Below, in pieces: positions 24,201 to 39,200 of a DNA stretch of 64,000 bases. The notes beneath the pieces were generated by a model that was given only the letters and a program-made list of their open reading frames with translations, was not told where the DNA came from and searched no databases. Position numbers and translations under genes: made by a program. Within the stretch, counting starts at the first letter, position 1. The number at the start of each line of letters is the position of its first letter. Source of the DNA: Podarcis melisellensis (Eukaryota); the NCBI GenBank assembly GCA_964234715.1, contig OZ174280.1, one strand, 5' to 3'.

Positions 24201-27200
24201 CCACATCTGAGAAGGACAAAACTGAAGAGTTCTAACACTAATATTTCAGGATTTAAGGAATTGCCAAGGAGCATCAAATTCCTATTACTTCAAAGACTGT
24301 TGCACTTCAATCTTGAGATCACTGTACACAACGTGGTATCATGTTCTTCTGGGGCTTGATGGGAAAGTGATAGTGGATAAACAGACCCTTCGTCAAGTCA
24401 AGGGCAAGGTAAAAAAGATCAGAGCAAGCCCCTGGGCAGCTCCCAGTGTTCATTGCTGACTCAGGTATAGATGATGTCTCCATCAAGAACCACAGTCATC
24501 TGAAGACTTAAAGAACAGACTGGCAAGGCCTTCCCTTTCAGTGGCTCTGTCTCATTGAGAGGGCTATATGCAGTCTCTTAAGGGGCCTCTCACTGATTCT
24601 ACAATCACATGTTGCAGATAAGCTGCTACAGGGGAGCTATATTTTATTGTGAACAAACTGTCCTAGAGTTAGATAACAATCTTCTTGGATTAGCAAGAAT
24701 CTGGATATTTTCATATCTAGCTCACATCAGTCTATATTTTGTCTTTTTATGGGTACCTACTATTATTTGAGCAAGAGAGATTTCATCAAACCTGGCCTGC
24801 TACTCTTGCAACCAAGTCCCTAAATTTAATAATGAGAGAGGGAGAAATGGCATGTTTGTGAAGAAGATAAACAATATTTTTAAAATGTATGTAGAAAAAT
24901 TGTGGAAAGCATTGTCAGCATTTCCAGGTGCATATGTGACAGATGCATATCCAGGGCTCCTCAGCCCACTTCTGAAGGTGAGCTGGGGAGAAACAAGAAC
25001 AGGAGATGAATGGGACTGCAGGTTCTTACAATGTGCTTTTTCTATATTTCTGCAGAGCCACCCATATGCAGATGCCACTGTAGGCTGCATGTACACAGCC
25101 CCTAAAGTCAGTTCCCTGGAGTTAAATTTCCAAGGCCTTCCAGATGCACAGTTGCGATTATACAAATGTCATGCAGTGATTTGGACAGCTAACAACAAGG
25201 TCTCTGACTCACATGGGCTGTTTACAGAGAACCTCAGGCCACACAGAGCAGTTTCCTGTTGTGATAGATTCTAGTCCAGGATAGACCTCTGCATTCAGAG
25301 TCTGATCTCTTTTGACCTTTCTGCAAAAGTATGATCATTATTATAGAAGAAGAGAGAAACGTTTTACATTTTAAGGAGACAAGCAGCCTTTTAACTTTAG
25401 CTTGGTTTCCACTGAAGAAGGTAAAACTGGATTACAAGGCTACTGCCAGCTATTGGCTACAACAAATGTGCCAGGCGGGTTGTAAAGCTGACTTTATATT
25501 TAATGGGCATGTGAAAGATGAATGCTTGCAGCTCTTGGATTCATGACTATAACAAATTGTTTAAGACCTACAAAACCATAAGAAGCAGCATGCCAAAAAG
25601 GGTTATATACCCATCTGTTCTTGAAGAATATTATTTAAGTTTATAAATCTATTAGCAAATAAAAAGTATGTTCAGATCCTTAGCACTGGACCTATGATGG
25701 ATTTTCCAAGGAAGTGCAGCAGCATAACAGAGAATTGGAAGGGTCAGAAACATAGAACTGAGTATAACATAGAGCTGAGTGTAAAGAATACCATGAGGAA
25801 GGATTAAGCTGCCTTTAATGAAACACTGTCCACAAGACACTGAAGCAAAATAACTGTGTACTAGCTACGCTTTTGGTCATCAAATTGTAAGTATGTGAGC
25901 ATATTGAGGCAAATTAAGTGGGGACCTACAAAAACAAGAAGGAACACAGAACACATGACATATGAAGACTGGCCACGGGAACTCCAGACTTACTCTGGAG
26001 CAGGCATCCTCAAAAGCTGTCATTATGGGTCTTACCAAGCCAACAGGATCATCACCCAATACTCCCCAAGGAACTGGAAGAGTGGTTCATAGTTTGCAAC
26101 ATTCACTTTAACTCTTAGCTTAGGGGTCAAGGCAATAAGTAACTGGGTAAACAATGTGCTTGTTTGCCTGTGTGCGCATTTGCATGCATGTGGAGGAAAC
26201 ATGTGGTTGTTACCCACCAAAGAAGATCAATTGGGTATTAGTGCTGATTTCCAATGGGCATTTAGCACTGATAATCAATCACCAGTGAACAAAATTATTT
26301 TTCAAGATGCATATAATATATGGTGGTGGTGGTGGTAGAGTCAGGGCAAAGTGTGAATCTTTTCTAAAAATTGCAGGTGCCTCACAAGGGATGCCTACTT
26401 CACTATTAGAGAAGCAATGGTCCAGAGGGAAAAAACGATGAAGAGGAAATAAAATGTTGTCAAACATTCAATAAAGATGGGGAAAAGAAGGAGAAACAGC
26501 TATCTGCTAGGACAACCGGGAGATAGCCCCCAAACAAAACCAAAACAAATGACAACTCTAATGGGTTCAATTTATAGTGGACCAGACTGAATGTGGGTTG
26601 CAGAAAGCACCTCCCAGCTGTAAGAGTAGTTGGGCAACTGAACGAAAATGCTGCATGGCATGTTATTTCCGGGATTACAAAGCAACCCTAACTGTTGATC
26701 ACCACCTCTACATCTGAAGCCTTGTTGCCTCCTATTGGTCAGGAGGGCAGGTGGGGGGGAAGTGCCAGTGCCAGGCTTGCATAGCAGAGAGCTCAATCTG
26801 GCATCCCTTTAGAATACACATTGTTTCTACTGCTCCAATTTCACATCCCTCTTCTGCAAAAGGGCTGGCTTAATATCCAGCCGATCCTTTGCCAGCCCAG
26901 TTCTCTGTACAGTGGTACCTTGGTTCCCGAACGGCTTAGTTGACAAACAAATCGGCTCCTGAACGCCACAAACCCGGAAGTAAGTGTTCCGGTTTGTGAA
27001 CGTTTTTTGGAACCCGAACATCCGTTTCGACTGCTGGCATTGTTTCCGGGGCTAATCAGCCAATCAGAAGCTGCACCTTGGTTTTCGAACGTCTTGGAAG
27101 TCAAACGGACTTCCAGAACAAATTGAGTTTGAGAACCAAGGTACCACTGTAATTGTTTTACTGGCGGTCTGTTAATTATTATATATGCTTTATGCTGTAT

Positions 27201-30200
27201 TTGTGACTTTCTATTATGTTCTATCATGTTATCGTTATTTACTGTTTGTAAGCCGCTTTGGGATTCATTTGAATGAAAAGTGGCATAAAAATATAATAAA
27301 TCAAATCAATCAATGTTCCTCTGCACCCCACCCTCAACACACCCATTTTGGGGCCTCTCATCAGTGGGAACATTGCCTGTGGTGGCTGTAAAATAGTCTG
27401 TGTCAGAGCCTCCCTGCTCCTTACAGAGATATCTCTGCTTAATCCAAACACCTAGCAGCATGGGTTGGGGATTAGGATCGCTCCATTCATGTCCCCAGGG
27501 ATATGCTAAATCTTGAAGATTTGGCCTATGTGAGTGGGAAAGGCAGGATTATATTACTCTTGCGTTCCCTTCAATATTGAACATGAAAAATGGAATAGTG
27601 GAAGCAAAGTGCACTCTTGATGGGATGTGGCAATAGCTCCAATTGATAGCAACAGGAAATACCGCTTCTGACTGGGGTAAGTACAGCAAACAGTCAAGGA
27701 ATATAAATAGGTATTCCTGTGGCTGCTCCTCACTTTGGAAGTTCTAGCAACCCAACAAAGTCCAAGCCTGAGCAAATTATCCATGGCCAGGATGAGCATA
27801 AGGGTTTTTTAAAAGGCAGAATTTAGAAGATTCATTACTTAATACTCCAGCTTACACTGTGGGGGATAGGGTGGTTTAAACAAGTAAAAGAAATAATGAC
27901 GAAATCGTTATGATCAGAAAGCCTTCGTGGTGTCTGTTCATGCCCATGAGAACCAAATGCATTAGTGTCCAAATTAAATGACAAAACACAGTGTAAACAC
28001 TTCTGCAACTCGGGTCATACACAGTGTATACAAATCCAGCCAGCCTTTCCATTACAGACAGTTAAAGTCTAAAAATCAGCTTGAGAGAGAAGGCAAGCCA
28101 ACCATTTCTACCACAAATTAACTGCTTGGGTGCGATTCTTTTGTCACAGTTCCACATCCCAAGCAAAGGAGGTACCAACTCTCCCTCCTCCACTCATTTT
28201 AAAACCCTGGTTTCAGAGAAGATAGTTTAAACAGCTAGTCCTTGATCAACCATGGGCTCTCCAGCTCAGATGGGCAGTTGCTAAGACTTCAATACCAGCT
28301 GCTTGTAGTATAGGGACCAGTTTTTGATGCACCTCATGATTATAGCAAAACTGCTTTAGGCTACTTTTTCTTTCACGTGTGTATGTTCCACCTTGATTCG
28401 AGTGTGTGCTTCATGGCTCCAGGCACAAGACAGCATGTTGGTCCCTGCAACTTCTATTGCCAGCACTTTCAAAGGTTAGAGGCAGCCTGGTCTGACTTGG
28501 CAGGCTGCGTATCCTCTGAGCACAAACTCATTTTACAGGCATATACGTTTTAGGAAATACTTTCAAATAATTTAAATTATTTGTTGAAATTGGTGCTATG
28601 AGAATCCAGGAACCAAACTATAGACCGGCAACAATGGATCAGATCATGGATATATTGACAACCCCTCTCCTCAAAATGGCCACAATCTAATTTCCCACTT
28701 GTATTCATGCCACCAAGCATACCTGATCTGGGGCATGTGACAATAACTAGTTAGTTAATAACTTCTTGTGTTGCCTGACACTTGTGTGTGATCTAAGGGC
28801 CACCATCATTTTAAGGATAACTTTTATTCACTATAGAGCTATTTTTAGTACACTATTGTCTACATTTGGGGCAGGATTCAAAATAATCTCCATTTCACGA
28901 TATTGCTTTTACCACCAAAGTACTCTCTTGAGTCCACTGATTTGCTAATCATATGCACTTGCATATTGCTCTAGCTGAGAAAGGATAAATCCTGGAAGTG
29001 GTGATGGATGAGGAATAGTAGCCGTTCTAGAAAACAGTGGTAAAGTTAAAAGATCATTCATCTGCTTACATTTGGGTTCCAGATGCTGGCTGTTTCCGAT
29101 CAAGCAGTCCTTGATATCAGCTCCGCTCTCTATCACTGCATTATGGCACACAACACAGTTCTGTAAGCTGCACCTGTAATGCAATTATAAATGGGGCATT
29201 ATTATTATGATATTGTTTTATTATTACCTTCATATCCCACCTCCAAGGAGCTCATGGTGGCATATATATTTGTCCCCCTCTCCATTTGATCCTCACAGCA
29301 ACCTGGGAGGTAGGCTCAGCTTAGAGCTAGTGACTACCCCAAGGTCATGCAGTGGAGGGCTTCATGGCTAAGTGGAGATTTGAACCCTGGTCTCCCAGGT
29401 CCTAGTCCAGGACTCTTAACCACCACACCATGCTGGCTCTGAAATGCAGCAGGAAGTTAGACCAAGAACAGTAGTGACTCCTTGACCAACAATAGCACCG
29501 CTACTGCCACCAGGGGACAGGAACCATAAATGTATGGTCTCAGATTCCATCTCTGTTGTAAAAAAGGATCAGGTAGTAGGTGGGTAAAAAATTCCCTGCC
29601 TGAGATCCTGGAAAATGACTGCTGGTCATAGCAGAGCAGACAATACTGGTCTAGATGAACAAATAGCCTGTCCTTGTGTAAGGCAGCTTCCTATGAGCAG
29701 ACCTGGGATATAAAACCTGCCTTTCTTCCAATTCCAGTCTTCTTCTTTCCCAGCCTGGGTGCTTAGTTGCTATGACGGAGCTCTGCTGCCAGATGTCACA
29801 AAGGGAGCATACAAAAGGACAAAGACAAGACAGTTGCCACCTTTCACATTCAGGATGCTTTTCTATTTGCAGCTTCTACTGCCTTGCAGAGCTCCCCCCC
29901 ACCCTTTTGTATTAGGGTAAATATTGCCACTGACTTTGTATTCATGCACACACAAATACCCTGCTACGTTAAACCAACAAAAGCCAAGGAAATAAAGCCT
30001 GGAATGCTCTCTGGTTCAGGGATTCCCAATTGGTGCAACCTTGCACACTGTTTGCTAGAATAACAAGGACATAGCCAAAATAGTGAAAGGTATACTACCC
30101 TGCCAACAGTCTTTGCAAAAGGATGGTTTTAAGTCACAGTTAAAGAGTCAGAGGAGAAACAAGCAAGCAAGCAAGCAAGCAAGCACCAGATTCCTAATTT

Positions 30201-33200
30201 CAGCTCTCAAAAACATACATGTAAGTGGTACTATTCCTTTGCATCTCTGTCTCATGAGAATCCATCATCAGACAAAATAGGGAGTGTGAAAATCAGTGTT
30301 AGAAATATTCACTGGCATTACACACAATTTCCTTCTCAAACACATACCAAAGCATTGTCAGATCATAGGCTTCTTGTCTGTGCACAGGCAAGTACAAAAA
30401 CAGAAAAGCTACATAGGCATCCAGCTACTTGAACAGATGTGATTTCATTATGTAACAGAATCATAGAATTGTAGAGTTGGAAGAGACCATGAGGGCCATC
30501 TAGTCCAACCCCCTGCGATGCAGGATTCTCAATGCAACAGAAAATAATAGCACACAGAAATGCAGAAATCATAATGCTTTTTGGATACTTCCAAAAGGCT
30601 GGAATTCTATGTCCTTTCCCTAAGCCCTTTCACAATGAGACACAAATCTATATTTCTTTTCATCGCCTAATGTTTGGTATCAAATTCCAAAGCTCTATTA
30701 AAACCTGGATGAATTGGGGAAAAGTTTTAATAATTTTCACATTTTACAACATTTTCTCATTTCTGGTTGAAGAAAATGACAACCTCACTTGAAATGTACA
30801 ATTCAAGCTTTTCATGTTTCATTCCCAAGTTGCCCACTTGCAGCTAAAGAAAGCTGCACTCAAGTCCCCTGGCACAGGATAGATTTAGACCCTGAGAAAT
30901 TGCTCCCCCTATTGGTTGCCCATCACTGTTCCAGTGGAACATGGCTGTCAAAGCAGGCAGACTGTCCCGTGAGCACAAGCAGCATATACAGGGCTTCAAA
31001 TATCAAGACAGAGACCTTGACTGGACTTAATGAAAATTCGCAAGGATACGATCATAATGCCCCGGGTTGCTAAGGAGACCGACTCCCATCTCAGACAATT
31101 GGGAACTGAGCTTCTCCAGTCAAAGCTGAGTTGACAATCCTCTTGTTGAAAAGAATTTAACTCCCTCTCTAAGACATCATAGGGCTCAGAGAGGAGCAGG
31201 CCTATGGTATGAAAAGGGAGACATTTTGAACAGGCAAGACTCTCCTTGCTGTAAGCCCAACTGCCTCCCCTCTCACACAGCAAGGCTGCACAGTTATGCA
31301 TGATGGAGTCATCTAGCTCAGGTTGCCTTGGCAAGGCCTCTTATTGAGATGTTAATAGAGGGGAAAGGCTGTGTAGACAGCTCTCTCCCCCTTTGCTCCC
31401 TATCCCTGCTACACTGACACAGCTGCTTCCTTTCCAACAGCTCCATTTACTGCACAGCAGTGCTAGCATGAAGAGTATCTAGGATTCACTGGTTTACACA
31501 CCAGAAACCCAGAGTGTCGTTGGGATTTTTAAAAATGCACCCCAAGTTCAGGTGCAGCACTTGCAAGATCCCCGGGGTTTGCCATCACAGAGAATTGCAA
31601 ACTATAACTTTCCAAGCTGAAAGTTCCTCAATATCTTGATTCCAAGTGACTCTAAAACAAATGCCATGGAAAACAAATCAAGAGCACACTCTCTTGCATA
31701 CTGTTGAACTTACCCAAGCTTCTAAGCTGGCTTCATTTGTGATGCTAGGCTGTGATTTCAGGAGATACATAAAGTAAACTGCTCACCTCTATATTTTCAA
31801 AGGGCAAGTTCTTTATATCAGCATGCTTTGGTGTTACAAAATCTTTTACACTGGGAAAAACTGAAATCAATTAGTCTGCAAAGAACTTCCAGAAGCATCC
31901 TCTTAAGACATATGGCAAACAGGCAAACACCCTCACCCCCTCCTCCATCACCTTTTTTAACAGGGAGCTTGAGGAAGAGTTCTGTGTTACTCAAAAGCTC
32001 GCTTAATGTTTTGTGGCTTTTATTTGGCCTAATAAAGGCATTCTAATACTGCTCTTGTTTGGGCTTATTAAGAAACAAAATTTGGCTGCTTTCAACATCT
32101 GTTGGGCTGAAAGAATCCATGAAAGAGCAGAAATCTCATTCTGGATGTCAGATTCCAGCAAAACAAGGGAAACGTATTTTCCAGCTCCAGGATGACAAAA
32201 GCTTACCAGGGCTGGAAACATTTTAAATTCAGTATCTATAATGCAGGATTTCAAACACACACTGCTAATTCTAAGCTCCCACTAGGGCCCTGCCCCACAA
32301 TAGAGCAGTTTGGCCAGATTTTACCACAGGAGTGGAAAACAAATTGAAGACGTAAAACACATTTTGTGGGTGTTCCTTCCACTCACTGACAGATGTAATA
32401 CAGCCATTTGGAAATTACTTGCAAATGCTTTTTTGTGCACATTTTAAAAATCAAACTATAAAGACTGCCAACAGAAGAATTTTGTGTTTATTTTATTTCA
32501 AACTCCTTTCTGTTCCCCCACCCCTGTCAAGAAATAAGCTTATTTTCTTATGTGGTAAGCATCTGATTTCCTGGCAATTTGATTTCCAGTTTTGAGTACT
32601 GTATTCTTATAAAACTACAAATATAACATTAGCCTGTATAACAGCTTTGATGCTAGCAGTCACCTATGTAAGAATGTATCGGATAGAGTGGTTTCTAATG
32701 GGAAACACATTTATTGTTGCGAAAAGGACAATCTACATTTTCAGCACTGTGAAAGTAGATATCTTCCGATCCTAAAATCTGCAGCACTCACCTTATTAAC
32801 AAGTCACAAGTGATTTAAAGGTATACAAATTGGCCAATGTGAACACAAAATCAGCCTCTATGCTAATCATAATATATTTAATGTCCATTAAATTCCGCAA
32901 CTCAAGCTTTGTTTAAGAGCCATAGTCAAATTTCAGGCTGTAAAATCAATACAAAATAAAACACAGATATCAACAAAGACATTACGAGACAGAATAGTAC
33001 AGTGGTACCTCGGGTTACATACACTTCAGGTTACATATGCTTCAGGTTACAGACTCTGCTAACCCAGAAATAGTACCTCGGGTTAAGAACTTTGCTTCAG
33101 GATGAGAACAGAAATAGTGCTCCAGCGGTGCAGCGGCAGCAGGAGGCCCCATTAGCTAAAGTTGTGCTTCAGGTTAAGAACAGTTTCAGGTTAAGAACGG

Positions 33201-36200
33201 ACCTCCGGAACGAATTAAGTACTTAACCCGAGGTACCACTGTATTTATTGCGCTGAAAAACCTGTAAGATATCTTGTAATTATTATTATTTTAATAAGTA
33301 ACGAGGGTGGTCTCTTTGCTTAATAAGTCTAAGGAAAATGATGAAATTAAAATTGTCATGCATGGGCAGAGTTGCTGCTATTAGAATTAATACACTCCTG
33401 AGGTTTCTTTTTGTCTTTGAACATGTGCCAATTAGTATACATGCACAAATACTGACAACTTGGCAGGAAAATGTTATCTAATTTTAGTTGGGAGGGTAAA
33501 TGATAATGAGTTTCTTTGCAGAATTCAAAAGAGAAAGAGAACAGCCTGCCCAAACTCTTACTATTTTGTCATGGCACTGAAAATGACACATTAAATACAT
33601 GGCACAAGCCCATTGGAAGATATTCCATTCTGTTCCATTTCGTACTGTTTTACGTGTTTTGCAATTGTAGTGGTTTTGTTTTTATAATGGTATATTCAGT
33701 GGCTCCCAAGTGGTTTTCCCCACGGACCACTTAAAAATTGCTGAGGATCTTGGTGGACCAATTCATTATTTTTCTGCCTCTTGTAGCAATCACAATATGC
33801 TGTGATAGGCACTGTATGGTTTTTATTTGTATCTTTATTGCTTTTTTATTTCTTATATTGTATTGTATCCTATTACAATTTGAATTCCACAGAATTCTAT
33901 GGAATTCAAAAGGCAAGTGAGTTCTTCACAGACACAGTGCAGAGACCACCTGAAGGAAGCTTGTCCGCAGACCACTTTGGGAACCCGTGGTATATTTTAA
34001 GAAATTGTGTGTTTCTAAGAATACAGAAAACCAGACAGTAACAAGCTCTCATTATTGAAATACAGAATGGAGAAATGGGGAAAATATGAAAACAGCATTC
34101 ACCGATTTTAAAATACTAGTTGTTAATTGGAACGATTCCAAAAATGTTATTTAGAACTCACTGTCAATTTGCTATCTTATTAATTACTAGTATGAAACAA
34201 ATCTTTAAGTGGAGAAAATATGCTTGAACAAAATTGTTGCAGTGCCTGAGTGGGATAAAATCTGTACTAAATGTTTTGATATGCCAGCTAATATTAATAT
34301 GAGGGAAACATTATAAAATAATAATAGTATTTGAGCCCCAACAAACTGAAAACTATGATTATGTCATTCATAAATGCTGGAGATGTGATCTATTGTGTGA
34401 TAATGTATCATGGAAATGTTTTCCGACATTACAAGGTACCTGCTTTATTGGATGGAATGGTGAGAGATAAACATGACATGCTCACCTCTCCTTTATTAAT
34501 GGTGGGTGGAATTAAACTGGTGCTCTTGTGTTCATGCTAGTGGAAGAGGAGGGGAGGTATTTTTGCCTCTCACAAGCACTCTGCAGCTCCCACTGAAAAC
34601 TAGCTCCAAGGAGTTCGGGGACCCTCCAGGACAGGGTGAAGAGTGGCACAAGGGGCTATAGGGAGAAGGGGGAACTGGCAAAAACCACCTCTCTGTGCTG
34701 TTAGCGGACACCACTTGATCGCTCCTATAGCAGAGCATGAGACTCTTAATCTCAGGGTCTCAGTGGGGGGGGGGGGTTCATGCCCCACGTTGGGCAAAAG
34801 ATTCATGTATTGCAGGGGACTGGACTAGATGACCCTTGTGGTCTCTCCCCATCTACATTTCTAGGATTCTACATGAGCTCAAAAGCCCTTTCGTGAGCAA
34901 AAGGGCATCACAATTGGAGGTGGCCAATTGATTAGTTGCTAAAAATGGGCACAGACCAAAAAAACTACAATTTAAAAATGGTTCTCCAAAGAATGGCACA
35001 TTGTACAAATGCCTAAAGTTACTGAGATTGTGAAACTTGGGATAAGGAAGCCAACAAATGGAAACTTTTGTCAAAACATGGCATCTATTCATTAAATTTG
35101 GAAGGCTATGTATACATCTCAATATGAATGTTTATACAGGTTTTTAAGTTCAGTAGCATAATTTGTGTTCTTTTTTTGTTTTGTTTGAAAAGCTTTTTAA
35201 AGAGTTTTAAATTTTTTTAATAATGAAAAAGCTAACAACCACAACAAAACTGATGCATCACAAAACGTTTGACTTAGAACTGAAATTACAACTAGGAGTT
35301 TTGATCGGCTTCAAGCAAATCCAAGTAGCTGAACTGGTCTTCTCTGGAGAGGAAGGGATTTAGCCCAATTTTGTGATACTAATGCAGACACAGCCATCTG
35401 ATGCTAAAATATGTTAATGTGTTGACCAGGTGTGATAGAGAGAAAAAGGGGTTGGGAGTCTGACTTTTGAGAGAAATGGGGGGGGGGGCATGGAGAAGAG
35501 GAGTGATGACCAAGAAGTTGGGGGGGGGGTAGATTACAAGGATTTAAGTCTTTAAAGCAGAGACCACCTAACAAGATGACTCTGAAATGCTTCTAATTTC
35601 AGTAAAGCCGCAACCCACCCCCTCCCCTCCCCCATGCCTCCATTGTAAACAACTAATCCCAGCAGAAAACAACAGAGAGTAAAATGTATACTCATTCTGC
35701 AGCATTCCAGGCCTTGCTTTATCTTTTATTTATTTTTCTAAGAGGTCAGAGATTGTTTGAAAGAAGGGGGAGGGAGGGAGGGAGGCAAAGACACAGGCCA
35801 TCTCTTGTGTGGGCTTGAAGGAAGCTGTTTTAAAGGCAATGTCCAAGAACATACAATCTGGAGTTTTTATAGCAGAGCAATCCCAGGCCTCATTCTCTCT
35901 CCCCCCCCCCCATTTTGTGGTAAAGCTACACAGCTTTAAACCAAAGGACAGGGTGGTCGATTACTTCGGAAAGAAATGTAAAGAATTGGGAAATAATTCC
36001 TTTTCCTGTTGAAACTATAAATAAGGAAGGCTGATTTACACAGTGCCAGGACTGCTGACTTTCAAAGCTTGCTATCTGTCTATAAATCAAGTGCGTTGAG
36101 GGAAGTTAACTCTATACTTAAAGAGAGAGAGAAAAGCAAAGCCTCCACCACCTAAAGGTAGCGAGAGAGCCAAGGAATTGTGGTCTTCTATTCTCTTTAG

Positions 36201-39200
36201 CCCCAGAAAAATGCATCTGAGTGAAATCAAACATACTGTGGAGGAGTGGGGGAATGGGAAGGGTGGGAGACTAAAATCTGCAGCGTTCAGCACACAAGGA
36301 ACAGGCTGCAGAAATCCAAAACACAGCCCATAATTACAGGCTACCCGCCAATTATTTAGGACTCAGTGATTAAAGTAATGAACAGCCATGGAGGAAAAGG
36401 AGCTTAGATGACTGAGGTCAAGACCTCAAGCAGAGCCCCAGCCCTAGACTCAGCTACCCAAAAAGGTATGGATGACAAACCCTTGCCTTGCAGCCAGTCT
36501 ACAGACATGGAGAAGCACAACACATCTATTCTTTTATGTGGTGCTTTTAAATGCCAGGGTAGTGGCTAATGGAGCAGCAGCCATCTATTATTTGACACAG
36601 GGCAAGGCTGGCAATGTGGCACACTTCAACAAGCCCTGGCTAGATTTTGCACAGCTATGCTGCTCTGAAGAGTTGTGAAGGAATGTGTGGTGAATGATTC
36701 AGCCAAGTAAGGGGACAGGAAAGTGTAATTAGCCATAACTTGTAAAGTTTTCATCCTTTTGGTCAAAATTATTGCAAGTTTGGAATATGCATATTTTATG
36801 TCGGAACCTGGGATAGTCTAGAAATCTTGCAGCTGTATTGAACATTCAGCTCCTCAAAACAATCTGGATCAACCTGTCTCAGAGCTGGTGTCTGTGACTC
36901 CAGGACCTGGTATCCTAGAAAACGCCGACATCTGTATAAAGGGTGTCTAAGACTGGCTCAACATTTCAAGGCTCCTGAGGGAACCACAGATCTCACCATG
37001 TATTGTATTGGCAGCCCCACAGATGTGGCAGGATATACAGTGGATTTTTAAATTCCATACAAGGCTGGCATCTGCTAACCTGTATTGTGATGGGACTAGA
37101 ATGTTACCTTTGACTGCTTTGTCAGGGCATGACTCTAAGGGACTATTGATCTATGGATCTGACTCGTTTCCGGAACTCAGAATTGCTCACTTAATTCACA
37201 AGTTCTCAAGGTAATGATGTAGTCAGTTTCTGGAAAAAGGTCTAATATAACACAGAGGCTGTTGGTACAATTGCTCCTAAGTGCTTCTTTACCCCACTCC
37301 GAAGCCATATTTGTAGATTCAGTCAGTTACGTTGCTTACAGAGAAGCAAAGCAGAGGAGGAGCCACAATGCAAGTTTGAATCTGACCAAATATGCCACAA
37401 AGCCAATCAGAAGGGTTATAATGCGGCATAAAAATCACCAACACAGTTATGCCCAGAAGAGCTGTTCCAGCTGGTACAGAGACTATGTTTCTCATGTTTG
37501 AATATTATGGCATTTAAAGCTAATGTGGACTTTTCTTTTTTGCAAAGCAATTTGCAGATAAAATAATACAAGCTTAATTTGATCGTTGAAGCAGAATCCA
37601 AAACAGAGATGTCACAGTACCTTCTTGTCAGAACTGCTTAGATACATTTCAGTTGTTGCTGAAACATGTTTATATTCAGGAATTATTAGCGCAGTTGTCA
37701 AAACCCTGTCCCTAGGTTATTTCACAACTGCTTAACACAATAACATTTATTTCAGCCATGTATTTGTTACAGTGTTTGTGTTACTGGAGTATCTTATCTT
37801 TGATCATTGGATCATGATGGAAAGGCGTTTTATTCTTCCTCATGTGGTCAGATCATTACTTTTGAGATTATATCCCACAGACCTCTGGATCGAATTTAAG
37901 CCCAAACATTCATTGCACTGCACCTGCATGCACCTGCACTCTCCATCCTTTCACTTTTCTGCCTAAGAGCAGAAAAGATTTCTTTTTTTAAAAAAACACC
38001 TGTTCTGAAAACAGCATGAGAATTTCTTACTGTGGCCACTTGCTGAATTCAATAAGGCAATAAAGGCTATGGCACTGTTTTGGGAAATAGCTTAATGTTT
38101 GCAGTAACAGCAGACCCCATCATCTTCTACTCTCATATAAAGTACCTCCAGGTTTCATATGCTTGATTTGGGGGATTATCCATTCAGATAAGCTCTCTTC
38201 AGATTTAGGTACCACTCTCCAACTTTAAAACAGAGTGCAACAGCCTTATGACTTGGAGGAGGGGAAGAGAGAGAGAGAGAGGTCACGTAAGTGCTAGTAT
38301 ATTTTCATTACTTCTTGCAATATTTTCAGTTATGTACCTTCATCGTTGCTTCCAGCAAAGTGCAATGAACAGTTTTGTAGAACTCTTCACTGTAAAAAGC
38401 ATCATGTAAAATAAGGAAGGATGGGGGCAAATGGTACAAATGTCTCAATTCTTCAAGCGGGGACTTGGTCTTTTGGCAGGGCAATAGCATCACCCCCTCC
38501 CATTAAATCCAGTGGGCATTCCTACAAGCTTATGGGCCATTATGCAATGGTTCTGGGTGGTCTGCTAACTAGAGTCCTTCATAATGGTGAAGGACATGTA
38601 AGGTGTCAAGAAGCGACATTCTCTATTAGTATAATGCAGTGCAGAGCTCATCCTGGAGCTCCAGAGGCATAGTTGGCCAGGCCCAACGCCAAAGCAAGCA
38701 TCTTGCTGGCTGTTTCTTGTCTGTCTTTGGCAAGAGCTGCTTTGGCGTTAAATATAAATCTTATATGTAGAATATTTTTGTCCTTTTTAAGTGGTGGACA
38801 TCTTCCACAAAGCCCACTCAGTATAAACAGGGAGTTCCAAATTCGTGCTGCTTCAGTTTTGTGGGGCAAATGCTTTCTCCAGAACAGAAACAAATTCTGG
38901 TTCACATTAATGCCAGAGCACTTTGTTCAGCCCATACTGCCTGACTGATGGCAAAGTGTCCTCCAGAAAGAATCCATCATTTATCACTGGACATAAGTAG
39001 CCTGCATCAGTGTGTCCCGTATGATCACACTTAGTCTAGCCCCACAAGGAGCATGCCAAACTGGCAACTGAAGAGGAGGCATTCCTGTGACAGTTACCAT
39101 CCTAGGATGCAGACCACCACAATATAAAATGTTTTGATCATCTCCACATGAGTTCCACATTATTTGCAGCTTCGCAACTATGAGGTTGGAAACAACTTCA

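Noticed and set aside
23660-24345. LTR-like segment ending before TGGTATCA (tRNA-Met primer-binding-site-like)
   Set aside because: The match is only 8 nt, with no clear TG...CA boundaries, TSD or internal gag/pol sequence.
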